From NCBI GenBank assembly GCA_040954595.2, contig CM082577.2, forward strand, positions 4,216,305 through 4,280,304: a DNA stretch of 64,000 bases, read 5' to 3'. A model generated the notes under the pieces. The model was not told the origin of the DNA, did not search any database, and was given only the letters and a program-made list of their open reading frames with translations. Source of the DNA: Balanoglossus misakiensis. Its lineage: Eukaryota > Animalia > Hemichordata. Shown here in pieces: positions 1 through 25,700 of the stretch. Made by a program: the position numbers and the translations under genes. Every line of letters starts with the position of its first letter. Positions within the stretch are counted from its first letter, which is position 1.

Positions 1-580
1 CTTTGGATCTTCCTCTTTTGCAGACGGCACAGTCGTCTGTTCCAATCTTCTCTAAGAAGCTGTCCGAGCTGCTGTCAGCTGGTAAATGTCCAGATCAGAC
101 CAGGTGCTTTCTGACCTTTGACCTCATATCAGGTGGCAAAGCGGTCAGTCCGACCAACACCTTGTATGTGACTGGATTCAACAAGGCTCAAGGGGTCAAG
201 AAGGTTAACCTTACAGTAAGTGAAATTTTGCACATAGCTCAACCAAAAGAAATTAAATTCAGTGTTTGATTCAGTTGATCACCATGCTCCAGATGTGGAC
301 AAACACAAAAGACAGTCAGTCACCCGTTATTTGTTTATCTTTTCAGGTCACCAAGGTAACCCAACAAGGCGACAAAGTCTTTGATGTCGAGTTGAAGACC
401 GACAGCATCACAACTTTCACCTGGCTGGAAGCACTGGGCATTGCGGGACGTTTCTCTGACAACGGATTTTTGATGACAGCGCCAACTGCAAAAATCAGCT
501 TTTATGCCTGGGAGAAAACCACCGTTAGCGATCTGCAGAAAGCTCTAACAGTGAAAACATACAACAATATGAACGAGTGA
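1..580 (+). CDS. MANBA: Beta-mannosidase, last two coding exons (partial gene, 5' part outside window)
   Basis: Exons <1..215 (donor ACA|gtaag) and 347..580 (acceptor tttcag|GTC, stop TGA). The C-terminal peptide FTWLEALGIAGRFSDNGFLMT...FYAWE matches the characteristic GRFSDNGFLMT C-terminus of animal beta-mannosidases. AATAAA at 931. Confidence 0.88.
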
Positions 581-1663
581 AAACTAAGGTGGTTGTTTGT
601 GTTCAAATGGCCATCCATGCTGATCATAGATAGAAAAGGATGTACCGGGTATAGAAGTCTTTTAACGACCATTTGGTGACATGGTTTTTGCATGACCACC
701 CTTGTGGAAATCCGTGATTGGCTAGATTGAAACTTTTCCATGGTAGATGAATATGTAATGAATTATTGTGAATAGAATGTTGCAGATTTCAAGTGGTGAA
801 AAAAGGTAACCTTTTTAAATATAAAAAAGTGAAATGTGAAAATACACCTATTACTTAAAACAACAAAGTTACCACTTGCTCTTTAAAAATGATTGTTTTT
901 CCCTGATTTTGCTTAGCACTGTTGAACAGAAATAAATTATCTCGGGCTTGTGAGAACATAAAATAAAATAAATTAATAATAAAATTAAATGACAGATCCT
1001 CATCAGTCTAACATACATTCACTGCAGGCAGCCCTGAAAGTGTATCAGGAATCTGATGTACCTGAGATTGTTGCCTTAAAAATTAGGCTTGATAAGGTTT
1101 TCTAAGGAGTATGCGTCATAATTGTTCACTTTTGTTCACTACTTGAATACCAGGTAACCCAAATATACAAAATACAGTTCTTTAGAATATATCCTCCTAT
1201 TAAATAGGACCATTTTACAGATTATCAACTTTATATCAACAAACAAATCTACATCAACAAAGGTTTTGAGCCAAACAACCATTCAATGTCAACAAGAACT
1301 AATGTGAGAACCAGGGATTGAAAACTGCCCCTTTAAACCTGAAAAAATACTTGTAAATTTTCCAACACCGAATTATACGTATAGGGATTGCATCATGAGC
1401 TTCAGTGCTCACCCTGAGAGAATAATTGCAAGAAATGGACAACGATTGATTTTCCAGTCAACAATAAAATACAAAACTCTGTATTGAACACAAGTTTGAA
1501 ATGTTGAAATCAACTCAACATTGAAATTTGACATTTGTCACAAGTTTCAGAAGCTCAAATACTAATCGTCATGTTTCTAGCTATTTCTCCCGTAAAACTG
1601 CACAATGGCACTCTTAACTCCACTGAGTACGACAGGCTTTTATACCCTGCTTCTTGACGTTCA

Positions 1664-15164
<13,501 letters not shown>

Positions 15165-16515
15165 GTTCAAAGTTCTTATATAATCTATTGTGACGCTCGT
15201 TCGGGGGGTCACGGCCTTGCGAAAAGGTCGATGCACTGATGCGGACCGCCCTCACCGACCGATTCCGTGACCCAGCCAGTGACCCTATGTAAACCTTTAC
15301 ATACACTGGCATGGCACAACACCCACGATATAGAACAAACACAGCCAAACGCATAGAACCACAGACACATCTGTCTTATGTCTGTAAAACCATGGACGTA
15401 AAAAAGAGGCCGCATTATTCTATTCACATCAACACATTCACTCAACTTGCAAATAAAAACGAGAAAAACAATCACTAGGAAAAAACATTTTATTGAAAAA
15501 ATAATAAAACCCACCAGTGATGAAAATGTATCACAAATTAGACTAATAAAATACATGTTATTTTTTATTGACATGATTTTTTTAAAAAGCCTACTACATG
15601 ACTGAAACAATGGGCTTAATACATATTTATTGTACATTAAATATTAAAATATACTGATGCAATTTTTCAGTATGCACATAATGATTATAATGACAATATT
15701 TAGAATACAAAGTTCATTTTTGTATAGAAAAATACAAGGGCATCATTTTAAAGTACACAAGAAAAAAATGAAACATGCTTCCTGATAAAAAGATGCTATA
15801 AATGTTCTACATTATATTTGCAATATGTTAAAAGAATCTTGCACAAGTACATAAGGGGAGGTTTTCTTGGAAAACAACGACAGATCATATGAAAAAGGAA
15901 TTTCACAACTTGTCAAGAAAAAGACACTATTTAGAAATATGCATATGTAAGATAAAGTGCCCCTCATTCAATTTTGCTACAGATTAAGCACAATCAAGTC
16001 ATAAATGGACTTTTAACTTGCAAAAGGATGAATGTAATATATACGTGAAACCTTGGTCATACTACCACTTGCTTAGGAGTCACAGACCAGGTAACAAACT
16101 GGCTTGTATTAAACTATAAAATAAAATATGTTTCATCATAGTCCCTCCACAGTATGGTTTCTTCCATGGATTGCAACTGGACCATTTTCTGTACGCATGA
16201 AAAATTTTGCCATCCATGATTTCCCTGGAACAACTGGAGTACAATAAAAGACATCGGAACAGCCTCCTCTGAATCCCCCGATAGTTTTCCAACAATTCTA
16301 AAATGAAAAGCAAATAAAGTCAAAGTTTAGCAAGTGATAATAATCCAAAATACTTATATGAAAGCGATATAGACCAACAGACGCACGTGTGCAAATGCAC
16401 GTGAACACACACTCACACACACACCTACAGCATAAACTCATGTGTGCTCATACACAGAGATTAAAAAGGGCAACTTGGATGATTACCTACCTCAGCTGCT
16501 AAAGATGAAGCTTTC

Positions 16516-18290
16516 TCAAAGGATGCCTGAAATAAATAATTTCACAAAGTTATCAGAGTCACACCCGTGGGTATTTATTATCAGTGCATTAACACACATT
16601 GTAGACTAGGATGAGTGTTATTTTCCTTTTCAAAGAACTGAGTATAGATGCCAAAAATGCATGTACAGATTAAAACACTTACAACAGCAACATTTGCCTT
16701 CGTCTCTGGATTGTGTTCTCACTGGCTCTCGGCTTTCCCCATTGTTTGCCTCTTCAATGATGACATCTCTCTGACCCACAGTTGTGCTTGGCTGTGTGTT
16801 TTGAGCTGTTGAGACAATAGTATTTTTTCAGCAACATGTATGCCTGCAAAGCATTGACACATCAGTGCAATTTTCTGCGTTTTCAAATGCACAGCCGAGA
16901 TGGCTGCACCTACCGGTACAGGTAGTCAGTGGTGACAACCATTTTACGAAGTTATAGCTGTCAGTAAGAAGCAATTCAGGTAGTCAGTTGGCATGTGTCT
17001 ATACTGCTAATTTCGAGCCCTGACCAGTGTGTCGGCAGTGATCACTCAAAGCAAAATGCACTGCAACCTACCTGTGTTGGCATCATGAGTGGCTTGATCA
17101 GCAGGTGGTGGAGCTTCCACCACGGCCTCTACATCTCTCGATTGCAAGGGATCTGATTGGCCGTTCCCCTGCCTGGGATTTCCAGGGGGCGGAACTTCTG
17201 AAATTATAGTTCACAAAAATCAAATGCAATTCATCTCACAAAACTGGAAAACAGTTTACCAGTGGAGAGTCAGACACTGTTAAGGTATCCAAGAGTATTT
17301 CCAGTCGCTGAATGAACTCACTACTGAATAGCTTCAGATTTCCAATAAAATTTCCCCCCCCCCCAGATACCCTCAACCCTCCTCCCCCTTCAGAGCTATA
17401 ATACCTTTAATGTCCTGTGCACCCTTGAATTTTTTCCTCAGCTTATTTGCGAGTTCCATATTTTTTCTTTGCTCCAATCCATCCACCAACCTCTCAAGGG
17501 TTGCAGCACCATGACCAGACTGCTGTTTCCATTTCATCAGGAGTTGATATTTGATCTCTTTGGAATTCCCTCTATTACTATCCTCAATGTCCTGAATGTC
17601 AGTTTCCTTGACTTTGAGTTTTCTCACCAGGAATCTACACTCCGGGAGGGTGATTTCGTCAGTTAGATATCCGACTACTTCGTCCATGTCTACCGACTCT
17701 ACTGGTGCAGCTCTGGGATCGGGAGAAGCTATATTTCACATAAAAGAAGGAAAGGTAACATTATTTGAAAACGCTGCCAGTCTAAAATTTCTGAGTGATC
17801 ATAACAAACGGACTTTAAAAACCTAACCTAGCACTGTAGATGCTCCATTCTGCAACTCTGGTTCATCCAAGCTGCGACCTATTCGATCCCAGAAGTGTGG
17901 ATTGCTACGTTTGATGAAAGCAACGACATCCAAATAATTTGGCAGTTTGACATCGTCTGCGTCGTGTATAAGGATCGGGATGATTCTCATCCTGTTTACT
18001 GGATCGTTTTCGCCGAGCAGATTGTTGACGGCGTTAAGTCCGTCAAAATGTAGCTGCTCGTTACAGTTTTGGGGTAATATGAGGAAGGTGACTGCAGAGT
18101 CTCTCACAGCATTTTGTATGTGGTCGTTTCTGTATCCTCCAACAGGGAAGTTCCGATCAGGCAGACAACCCCGTCTGAGTGGAAATCTAGATTTCTCTGC
18201 CTCATTGACGAAATCTTCGGCAAATTTTTCGCTGTCCTTATCTTTAGCATCGTAAAGAACAAAATAGTCGTATTTATACTGGCGAGACAT
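16516..18290 (-). CDS. TIR domain + death domain adaptor-like protein with predicted C-terminal CaaX motif (about 348 aa)
   Basis: Exons 17828-18290 (ATG MSRQ; TIR with box1-like YKYDYFVLY, BB-loop RGCLPDRNFPVG, box3 FWDRI), 17405-17728 (death domain LVRKLKVKETDIQDIE...KYQLLMKWKQQSGHGAATLERLVDGL), 17072-17197, 16683-16805 and 16516-16526 (GC ATC CTT TGA). All introns are phase 1 GT-AG. Spliced C-terminus ...QSRDEGKCCCCIL*. TIR and DD exons are well supported; the last two exons are less certain. Confidence 0.8.
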
Positions 18291-19731
18291 CTTTCGCTGC
18301 TGTCGTCGACTAGATTCCGACGAATTCCAAGAACATGAAATGTACAGGTTGACCTCCGACCCAATGTTTGTTTCCACTTCAATTTCTTCAATGGGCAGCC
18401 ACGCCCACACTCGAGCTGAACGTAAACTGGTCCGAATGTGCTCCCCGATGTACTCGCGTGTTTTGAGGGAATACTGTAAAAATTTGAATGAAAAGTCACA
18501 GTTAATAGCCAGAAGTTTTCAGGTGCATATTGGTAATTATACCAGTACTAGATAGGTTTGTTGCTAGATTTATTTTGTTTGTTAATGAAGTTCCCATGGT
18601 TCTTGACTCTACTTGAAACTATAAAACACAGATAAACACAAATGTGTTGATTGGGATCCAAATGAAGACGACCAAGAACACACACAGTATACATAAAGTG
18701 CAATTATTTATTACATAATTATCTTACAAATCAGCCAAAACATTACCCTAAGAAAATCCGAACAAGTCTTTTACATAATTTACAATTAAAAGAGAAGGAG
18801 CTATGGGAGTACAACTTTGAAGAAATGTTTTGCATCCATAAAAATCCTGTCAATTTCTTAAAAGAATTTATGCAAAATATAGTTAATTTCTCCATCACCG
18901 AAGTTAATGGATGAATATGACTAGACTGCAGACAGGACTATACACAGATGGTCTGATTTTATCTGGGGTGGGTAATTTGATGAATCTTGGAGCATGGGTA
19001 AACATAATGCCAAGTTCTCTGTGGAGTGTGGAGCCAATGTGACACCATCATACAACAAAAAGTTTGTAGGCTTTTATTCCCCGCATCACAAGATACTAAG
19101 GTAATCTCTTCTGGACAGCTCAGGGCTGCACAACAGCAGCAAAATGATGCATTTTTATTCTTGGCTTATCAAATTACATGATTTGGTAAAAATATCTGAA
19201 AAATAGATTCCATTTTTGTGTAGAAATAACATATTCTTCCGTAGAAACAGAATTTGCATTTTATTTCTGATAATTATGTAAAATACTCTGATCTGAATTA
19301 ACTCTTTTGCTATTCATGCTTGCTTTCCACAATTCATTGAGAGATGAGAACGAAAACCCTGTGTTGCATTACATCAATAATTATATTTTGTAAGATCTAC
19401 AGTGAGAGATATGTTGCATGTATTGAAGTTTCACCTTTTCTGACTGACAGTTCACCACAGCGTCATGAGTTATGCGTTATCCACACTGTAGCAAGGTCAA
19501 AACTCAAGGTCACTGTGAATACACAGATTTGCATTTGCACTCTGGGATGTGAAATTTTATTTTGTGCGCATTGGTAGCTTTCCAACTCTCAGTGACTGTC
19601 ACAGACACCAGATGTGGTTTGCCTTTGACATTTTATAGTATATTTACATGCTCCCCAAAGAAAGTAAGCAATGCCCCATGAAGTTTCATTTATTGCAGTC
19701 AGATATTCTAGCTTCTAATGTTTATTTGTTG

Positions 19732-22700
19732 TCATTCGCAAGTTAAGTCCGTTGGAATGAAAGCCTCTGCCAGGACGTCCAGTGTAGATGGCTGTAAAGT
19801 CATTGAGATCTGCTTGAGGTAGTGTAAGAACCTAAAATCAAACAGAAAAAAACACTGATTATAAAATTGTGAGAGACGGTTAATGAACTGTTTTGGTATC
19901 AACATCTGTAATTCAAGTTTTATTTACAAATATTTCTGTAAAACAAAACTAGACTAGACACTGCCAATTCTCTTGGTAGAAAGCACTGAACAAAGGCTGA
20001 AAAAACCTTTTGAATCTAATTTGATTGCAAGCTCATTAAATTACCTTCTCTTTGCATTGGTGACTTCCCTATGTCTCTCTGCTTTGCATATGGTCCTCAT
20101 TGCTGGCAGGTAATTGGTGGTGACTGCCCTGTGGTTGCATTGAACCGACAGAGGAAGTGCCGAGCACACATCGGCATTGCTATCCTTGCACTGTTCGCTT
20201 TGGCTGTAAACGGGGAAGAAAAGATCATTTATGAGAGCTACAAGTTTGGCTGACTTGCTCTGATTACAGATTAAATTTCTTCCAATGAATGAGAAACAGG
20301 AAAATAAACAAACACTGAAAAGAATGAGGAAAAATGGTTCAAAATTTAAAAACTATTAACATAAAAACCACGGTTAACAAACTGATGTATGCAATGTATA
20401 CAAAACTTTTGACAATCTCTACTGACCTTATTTGTTTGTTTGTCCAGACATCAAGTCTCAAGTCATCCTCACGTTTTCCAACGAGTTGCAGAACGTCGTA
20501 AATTTCTTGGAAATCGGACACATTACAGTTTTTGAACTTTGCGGGATCAAAGTTTCCTCTACTGTGACAGTCTCTGACTCTCTGTAGAACCCTGCACTGC
20601 TGCGAGCGGAACTTGTCCGCGCTGGCAACACGCAGGTAACTCTGAATATCTCTAGTGGTCTCATCTGAGCTCCAATCACAGTCCAGGCATTTGGTCAGCT
20701 GATCACTCAGCCCATCTGATTGGGTAGCTGTCCACCAGCCGTGGTCACCATGGCGACCAGCATCATTTTTCGGAAGTCCTAGCAAATCCGAGCTTGAAAG
20801 ATTGTCAAGATGTTCTGACCAGGACTGGAGAGAATCTTGCAAAATTCCAGAATTGTTGTCATCTAGCATTTTCACATCACTTGTTTTATTGTCTGTGGTT
20901 TCCAAGCACGACTGCCTTGTCACAAAGCTGCTCAAGTTACTCCACAACACATCTTTCTTGTGGTCCTTCATTGTCGCTACCATGGCAACTCTTCTCGATC
21001 GACTCCCACTCATGTCCTATGAAGAAATAGATGGAGGAAATATATTTTAAAATGATAAACCATAAATATGGTGGTTAAGTGGTTGAGTGAGCGAGTGAGT
21101 AGGTCATGATTATGTTTGGGAAGCATTGCCAATTGTGTGTGGAAGGGACCCTTTCATAAAAGCAGAGTTCTGAATCAAAATTCATAGACATAAGAATAAA
21201 CTCAACCGTTACCTGTAGATGTTGAAGTAGACCTCCCTTCTTCCAGGCCAGGTTCAACAGACCGAGCGAACTCTCCATTGATAAGCAATCCACCGTGGGG
21301 AGCTCAACAGACTCTGTCTCCATGGAAACACCACTGGCTTCTTCCTGGGATGACACGATGTCTTGGCTATCTGTCGTTTCTTGGCTACCCATGGCTTCCG
21401 CCTCACTCTCCTGGCCCAGTTTCTTATCTCTCTGCTCTGCTATACCCTTGCTCTGGTAGAATTCCGATATCACGATTGTCTTGATCTCCAGATCGATCAG
21501 TTTGTTGAGAAATTGCGTTTCAAAGTCCTCGTCTTCATTTTCAAGGTCAACAACATCGGTGGTTTCCAATGCGTTCGAATCCTTGGGTTCAGTAACATCA
21601 GGTACAGATTCTGAACTCCGACCTTCATCATATGACACTGCAGTCTGTTTTTGTTTACACTCTACATCTTTAGATTTTGTCACAAAACAACTGTTGACAT
21701 CCACCAGTGGTTCTAATTCAAAGAATTTTCGGTCTGCACCAGATTCAGTCCAGAATTGTAAGCTGTGAAGACACCGTCTGAAGTCACAGTTGTAAAGTTT
21801 CACCAGTCTTTCAATGTCGCCGGCGTCGGTTCTGATGTCTTCAGCCAAACATACCAGTTGTAGATTCGTGACCACCATTGGCTGTTTTTCGATAACAATC
21901 ATAATAATAAATAAAACACCATTTATAAATTCAACCTGTCTTTGTAAATTGTATGAAATCAAAAGCATCAGAAATTAAAGTTAAAACACTTACCACTGGG
22001 AGGAGTTTGAGTGTGTGTTCGAAGAAGTAGCTGCCTTCAAATGGAGCAATGAAAGTTTGGTCTGTTGGTGAAAGCAAATAAGGACAATAAACAATAAAAC
22101 GGACAAGAGGTTGCAATTGTGATAAAAAATAGCCACTTGAGATCAGAATGACGCGAACATTTTTTCTTCACAAAACATTTGAAGACAACTGAACAATAAT
22201 AAGGGTATCTGCCTGCATCAACTGTCTGTAAAGCTCTTCCTGTGTTGGAAGTCAGACAAGCAATGTCATATTCATCAAAGTAATACAAATAGTAAGGAGG
22301 ATTCTTACCTGAGGTTGTCATGACAATGGGTCTCTTTGTTGTACTCATCAAAGTATTAATGGCTGCCCAGAAACCTTTGTCTTCTTCAAATATCAAGTCC
22401 ACCTGGTAGGAAAATAAACAAAAGAATACATGAAGAACCTTGTTGAGGGCCCAATGCTATAATAGACAGCCAGTGTTTACCCCATGTGGACAAAAATCAT
22501 CACGTACAGACAAGCAGAGAGTGTAGAAGCTCACCTCTTCAAATAGAATAAGCGATGTGCTTGCTATTTTCATCCTTAAGTTGCTGCTGGGTTGAGTGGT
22601 TTCCAGCTTGGCTTCAATTTTCTCTGCAATTTGAAAAGAAATGATTGTTAATGTGGAATTGAAAATAATAATATGGAATCAGAACAGAAAGTCCATGTCA

Positions 22701-25700
22701 ATATTGTTTCAGTTACGGAGCTGCTACAGGGATGTACACACAGGGCATGACAGCCAAGCAGGGCTACACACTCTAGCACAAGAAACAAATATCGGGTTCA
22801 GGGTTCATACACCTAGAGCAATTCAAAATTCCAGGAGTTTCCAGGAGATTTCCAGTAATTTTCCAGGAGTTTTTGTGGTAAAAATGCCATTTTCCAGGGT
22901 GTTTTACGCAACAAAACTGTGCAACTTTACTATTACTGTTACATTCATATGCACTTGTAATTCTAGTTTAACAAATCATTTAAAGACTTTTGACTGTGAT
23001 ACTAGTACAAATTTCAATGACCTCCCCATGAAGACCTAGTAAAACACTTTTCACCCGGAGATCACCTGGGTTCCTACATCATTTAGCATATTTGGCTAAA
23101 ATTTAAGTGACTCCCCCCCCCCCCCCTGGATTTTGCCGCCACCCCTCGGCCGTAAAAACTGAACAGTCCCTAAAGCAATGATTTCTGTCTTGATAAAATC
23201 GACAAATTACTGATGGAAATTACTGCTGAAAAAACCCACAAAAAAACGCCTGCCTTTTTTGCTTCTTTTTGACATCACTAATTGCCCTTGAACATCGATC
23301 TTAGGGTGTCTGCCGCGGCCGTCTGTACAAGTATTCTGCAGGCGCGCGGACACATGGCATGACCTCTAACAAAAGTTGCTACATCTTTTGTCAAGTTTTA
23401 GATATTTTGTTGCGACCGGAACGCTGAGCTGCGTTAGTTGTTGCAATTTGTGCATTACTACGTCAATGATACTATTTATAGGACGCATGTCTAAAGATAA
23501 CTGGTGCGCTGAGTGAAATGGGCAACGCGTACTGTTTCACGATCCGGTGAAATGCGATCGTGACTCGCGGTTTTCCAGGAGTTTCAAGGAGAAATTTTGA
23601 ATTTCCAGGAGATTTCAGGAGTTTCCAGGAGGGGTTTCAAATTCCAGGAGATTCCAGGAGTTTCCAGGAGCGTACGAACCCTGGGGTTTTAAACTTACTT
23701 TCATGTTCATTCATCTTTTTCTTGGGTTTCTTCCCTCCTTTATCAACTCCGCCGTCTGGTTTCTTCAAGAAAGAAGCAAACGCCGAGTGCACTTGAGGTT
23801 TCTTGGTTTCCTTGGCAGGGAGTGACACCCCCGGGGACAGGAACTTGGCGAGCGTTCCACTTCCTTGTCCGTGTGACACTTGATGGGATTGCGTGGCCTC
23901 CTTCAGTTCTGAGAGGATCTGTTTTCCACTTCTCTTGGAGGATGCATTGACTTCGAACACCTGTGGATGTGTATAGAAATATCAATAAATTGTGACTATA
24001 TATAGAAGAAAACTGTAAGTCGAGCCATGGTATTCTAAGTTCTCAAAAAGCATATGACTTTATTATTGAGTTCAACATTATATCGCCCCCACCTTGAATC
24101 CAAGTTCCTGGGCACAGGCATATACTGTGGCCGTCTTGCCGACTCCAGTTGGCCCCCGAATCAGGACAGTATTGCAAATGGATTCATCCTCATCTTCATC
24201 AAGGTAATCACTGTCATTTTCATCACTTACATCAAAATCACTATCATCATCATACCACCATTCTGAAAAAATAAAAATGTAAAGTTTCTCAGTGTAACAA
24301 TGATATACTTGACAGATTTGACAAGAAAACCTGAAACATATATCAATATCTGTTTTGTTGTCATTGTGAACCTGTATCATTGTCGCATTTGAATATTTAC
24401 TTATGTAAACCTTTCAGCTATTAAGTTATTTACCATCAGATTTGTCATCAGACTTGTTCGATTTCTTGGCTTCTTTCTTCAACTGTTCCTTCAGTTTCTT
24501 CTTCTCCCGATCACTTCTTCTCTTCCACTCTGACAGCCAGGAGTGGAATTTCTTGACGGTCTCTTTGTTTCCGATGATCTCCGATGACTGGGTAGGTTGG
24601 TACTTGTCTGTCCAAAGTATGTCCTTGGATTTGTCTAATGTGGAATTAATTGTGTATATTATATCATATGACTCATTGAGAATATATTGAGGTATTGTCA
24701 CTATAACGTCAAAAAATAAAAAGACCAATAAAATTTAAATTCTTCTTAAATAAATGACAAAAAACCATACCACTTTCTGTCTTGACTTCCTTTCCTTCTT
24801 TCATCTCCTCACAATCCTTTTCTTGACTATTTTCTTTATCTGCCGCTGTTTCTTCACTAGTCTTACTCTTCAGTCTACGGCTGCTTCGTCGCACACTTTT
24901 CTCTTCTCCTTGCGAGTTCCTCCGAGAATTTTTTGAGCGATTACTGCCATCACTGGCATCAGACTTTCTCTTTCTACTTCTGCCACTTTCTTCTTTACCT
25001 TTCATGTCTTCACCGTTTTGTTTCCCATCCTCTATACACACAGAAGTAAATAATTTTTGACATAAGGCTTCACCTAAAAAATCCATAACTGTATCTTTTG
25101 GCTAATTTTTATGTTTTTGTGAATCAATTGCAGTTTCACCAATGGATGCACCGAAATCCTGTCTACAAAGCAAGGCTGGTAAACAGAATGTATAATGTGA
25201 CAAGCAATTAGTTTAGCGCTCCCATGCAGCCATCATGAATTTGAACTCAAAGTGAGGCCAATGGGGAAGATCGACCAATCACATCAAGGGGATTTCCCCA
25301 TTGGCCTCGCTTTGAGTTCAAATTCAAGATGGCTGCATGATGGTGCTGGACTTACGAAAAGAGTGTATACAGACCGAGTACACTATATTAGATGACATTT
25401 CATAATCTTTTATGTAGCAAACCCATGGGGCAGAAGTGCAAGGCAAGTAAATGATGACTTACCATTCCCCTGCAGTTTGTTGTCAACAGATGTTCCTCTC
25501 CTTTTCGCCAAATACCTCTTGAACCATCGATTGACAGGGAAGTTCGGATTGGCTCTACTAATCTCTTGTAATAAACACTTCCTTACTGAGTAAGAGAACT
25601 CAGACCTCTTGGAAACCTGTGGAGGACAAAAGATATTAATTGCTGAATTTCAATAATGGACATCTTTGTTCCCAAAAATGAAAATGATAAATGACCATCT

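Noticed and set aside
18291-18410. N-terminal extension MWAWLPIEE... of the TIR ORF
   Set aside because: It starts at a GTG called by the ORF finder. The first ATG is at 18290, directly before TIR box 1.
23570-23672. Regularly spaced TTTCCAGGAG repeats that superficially resemble a CRISPR array
   Set aside because: Eukaryotic context, 10-bp units without unique spacers, and they lie inside a TIR/TSD-bounded transposon.
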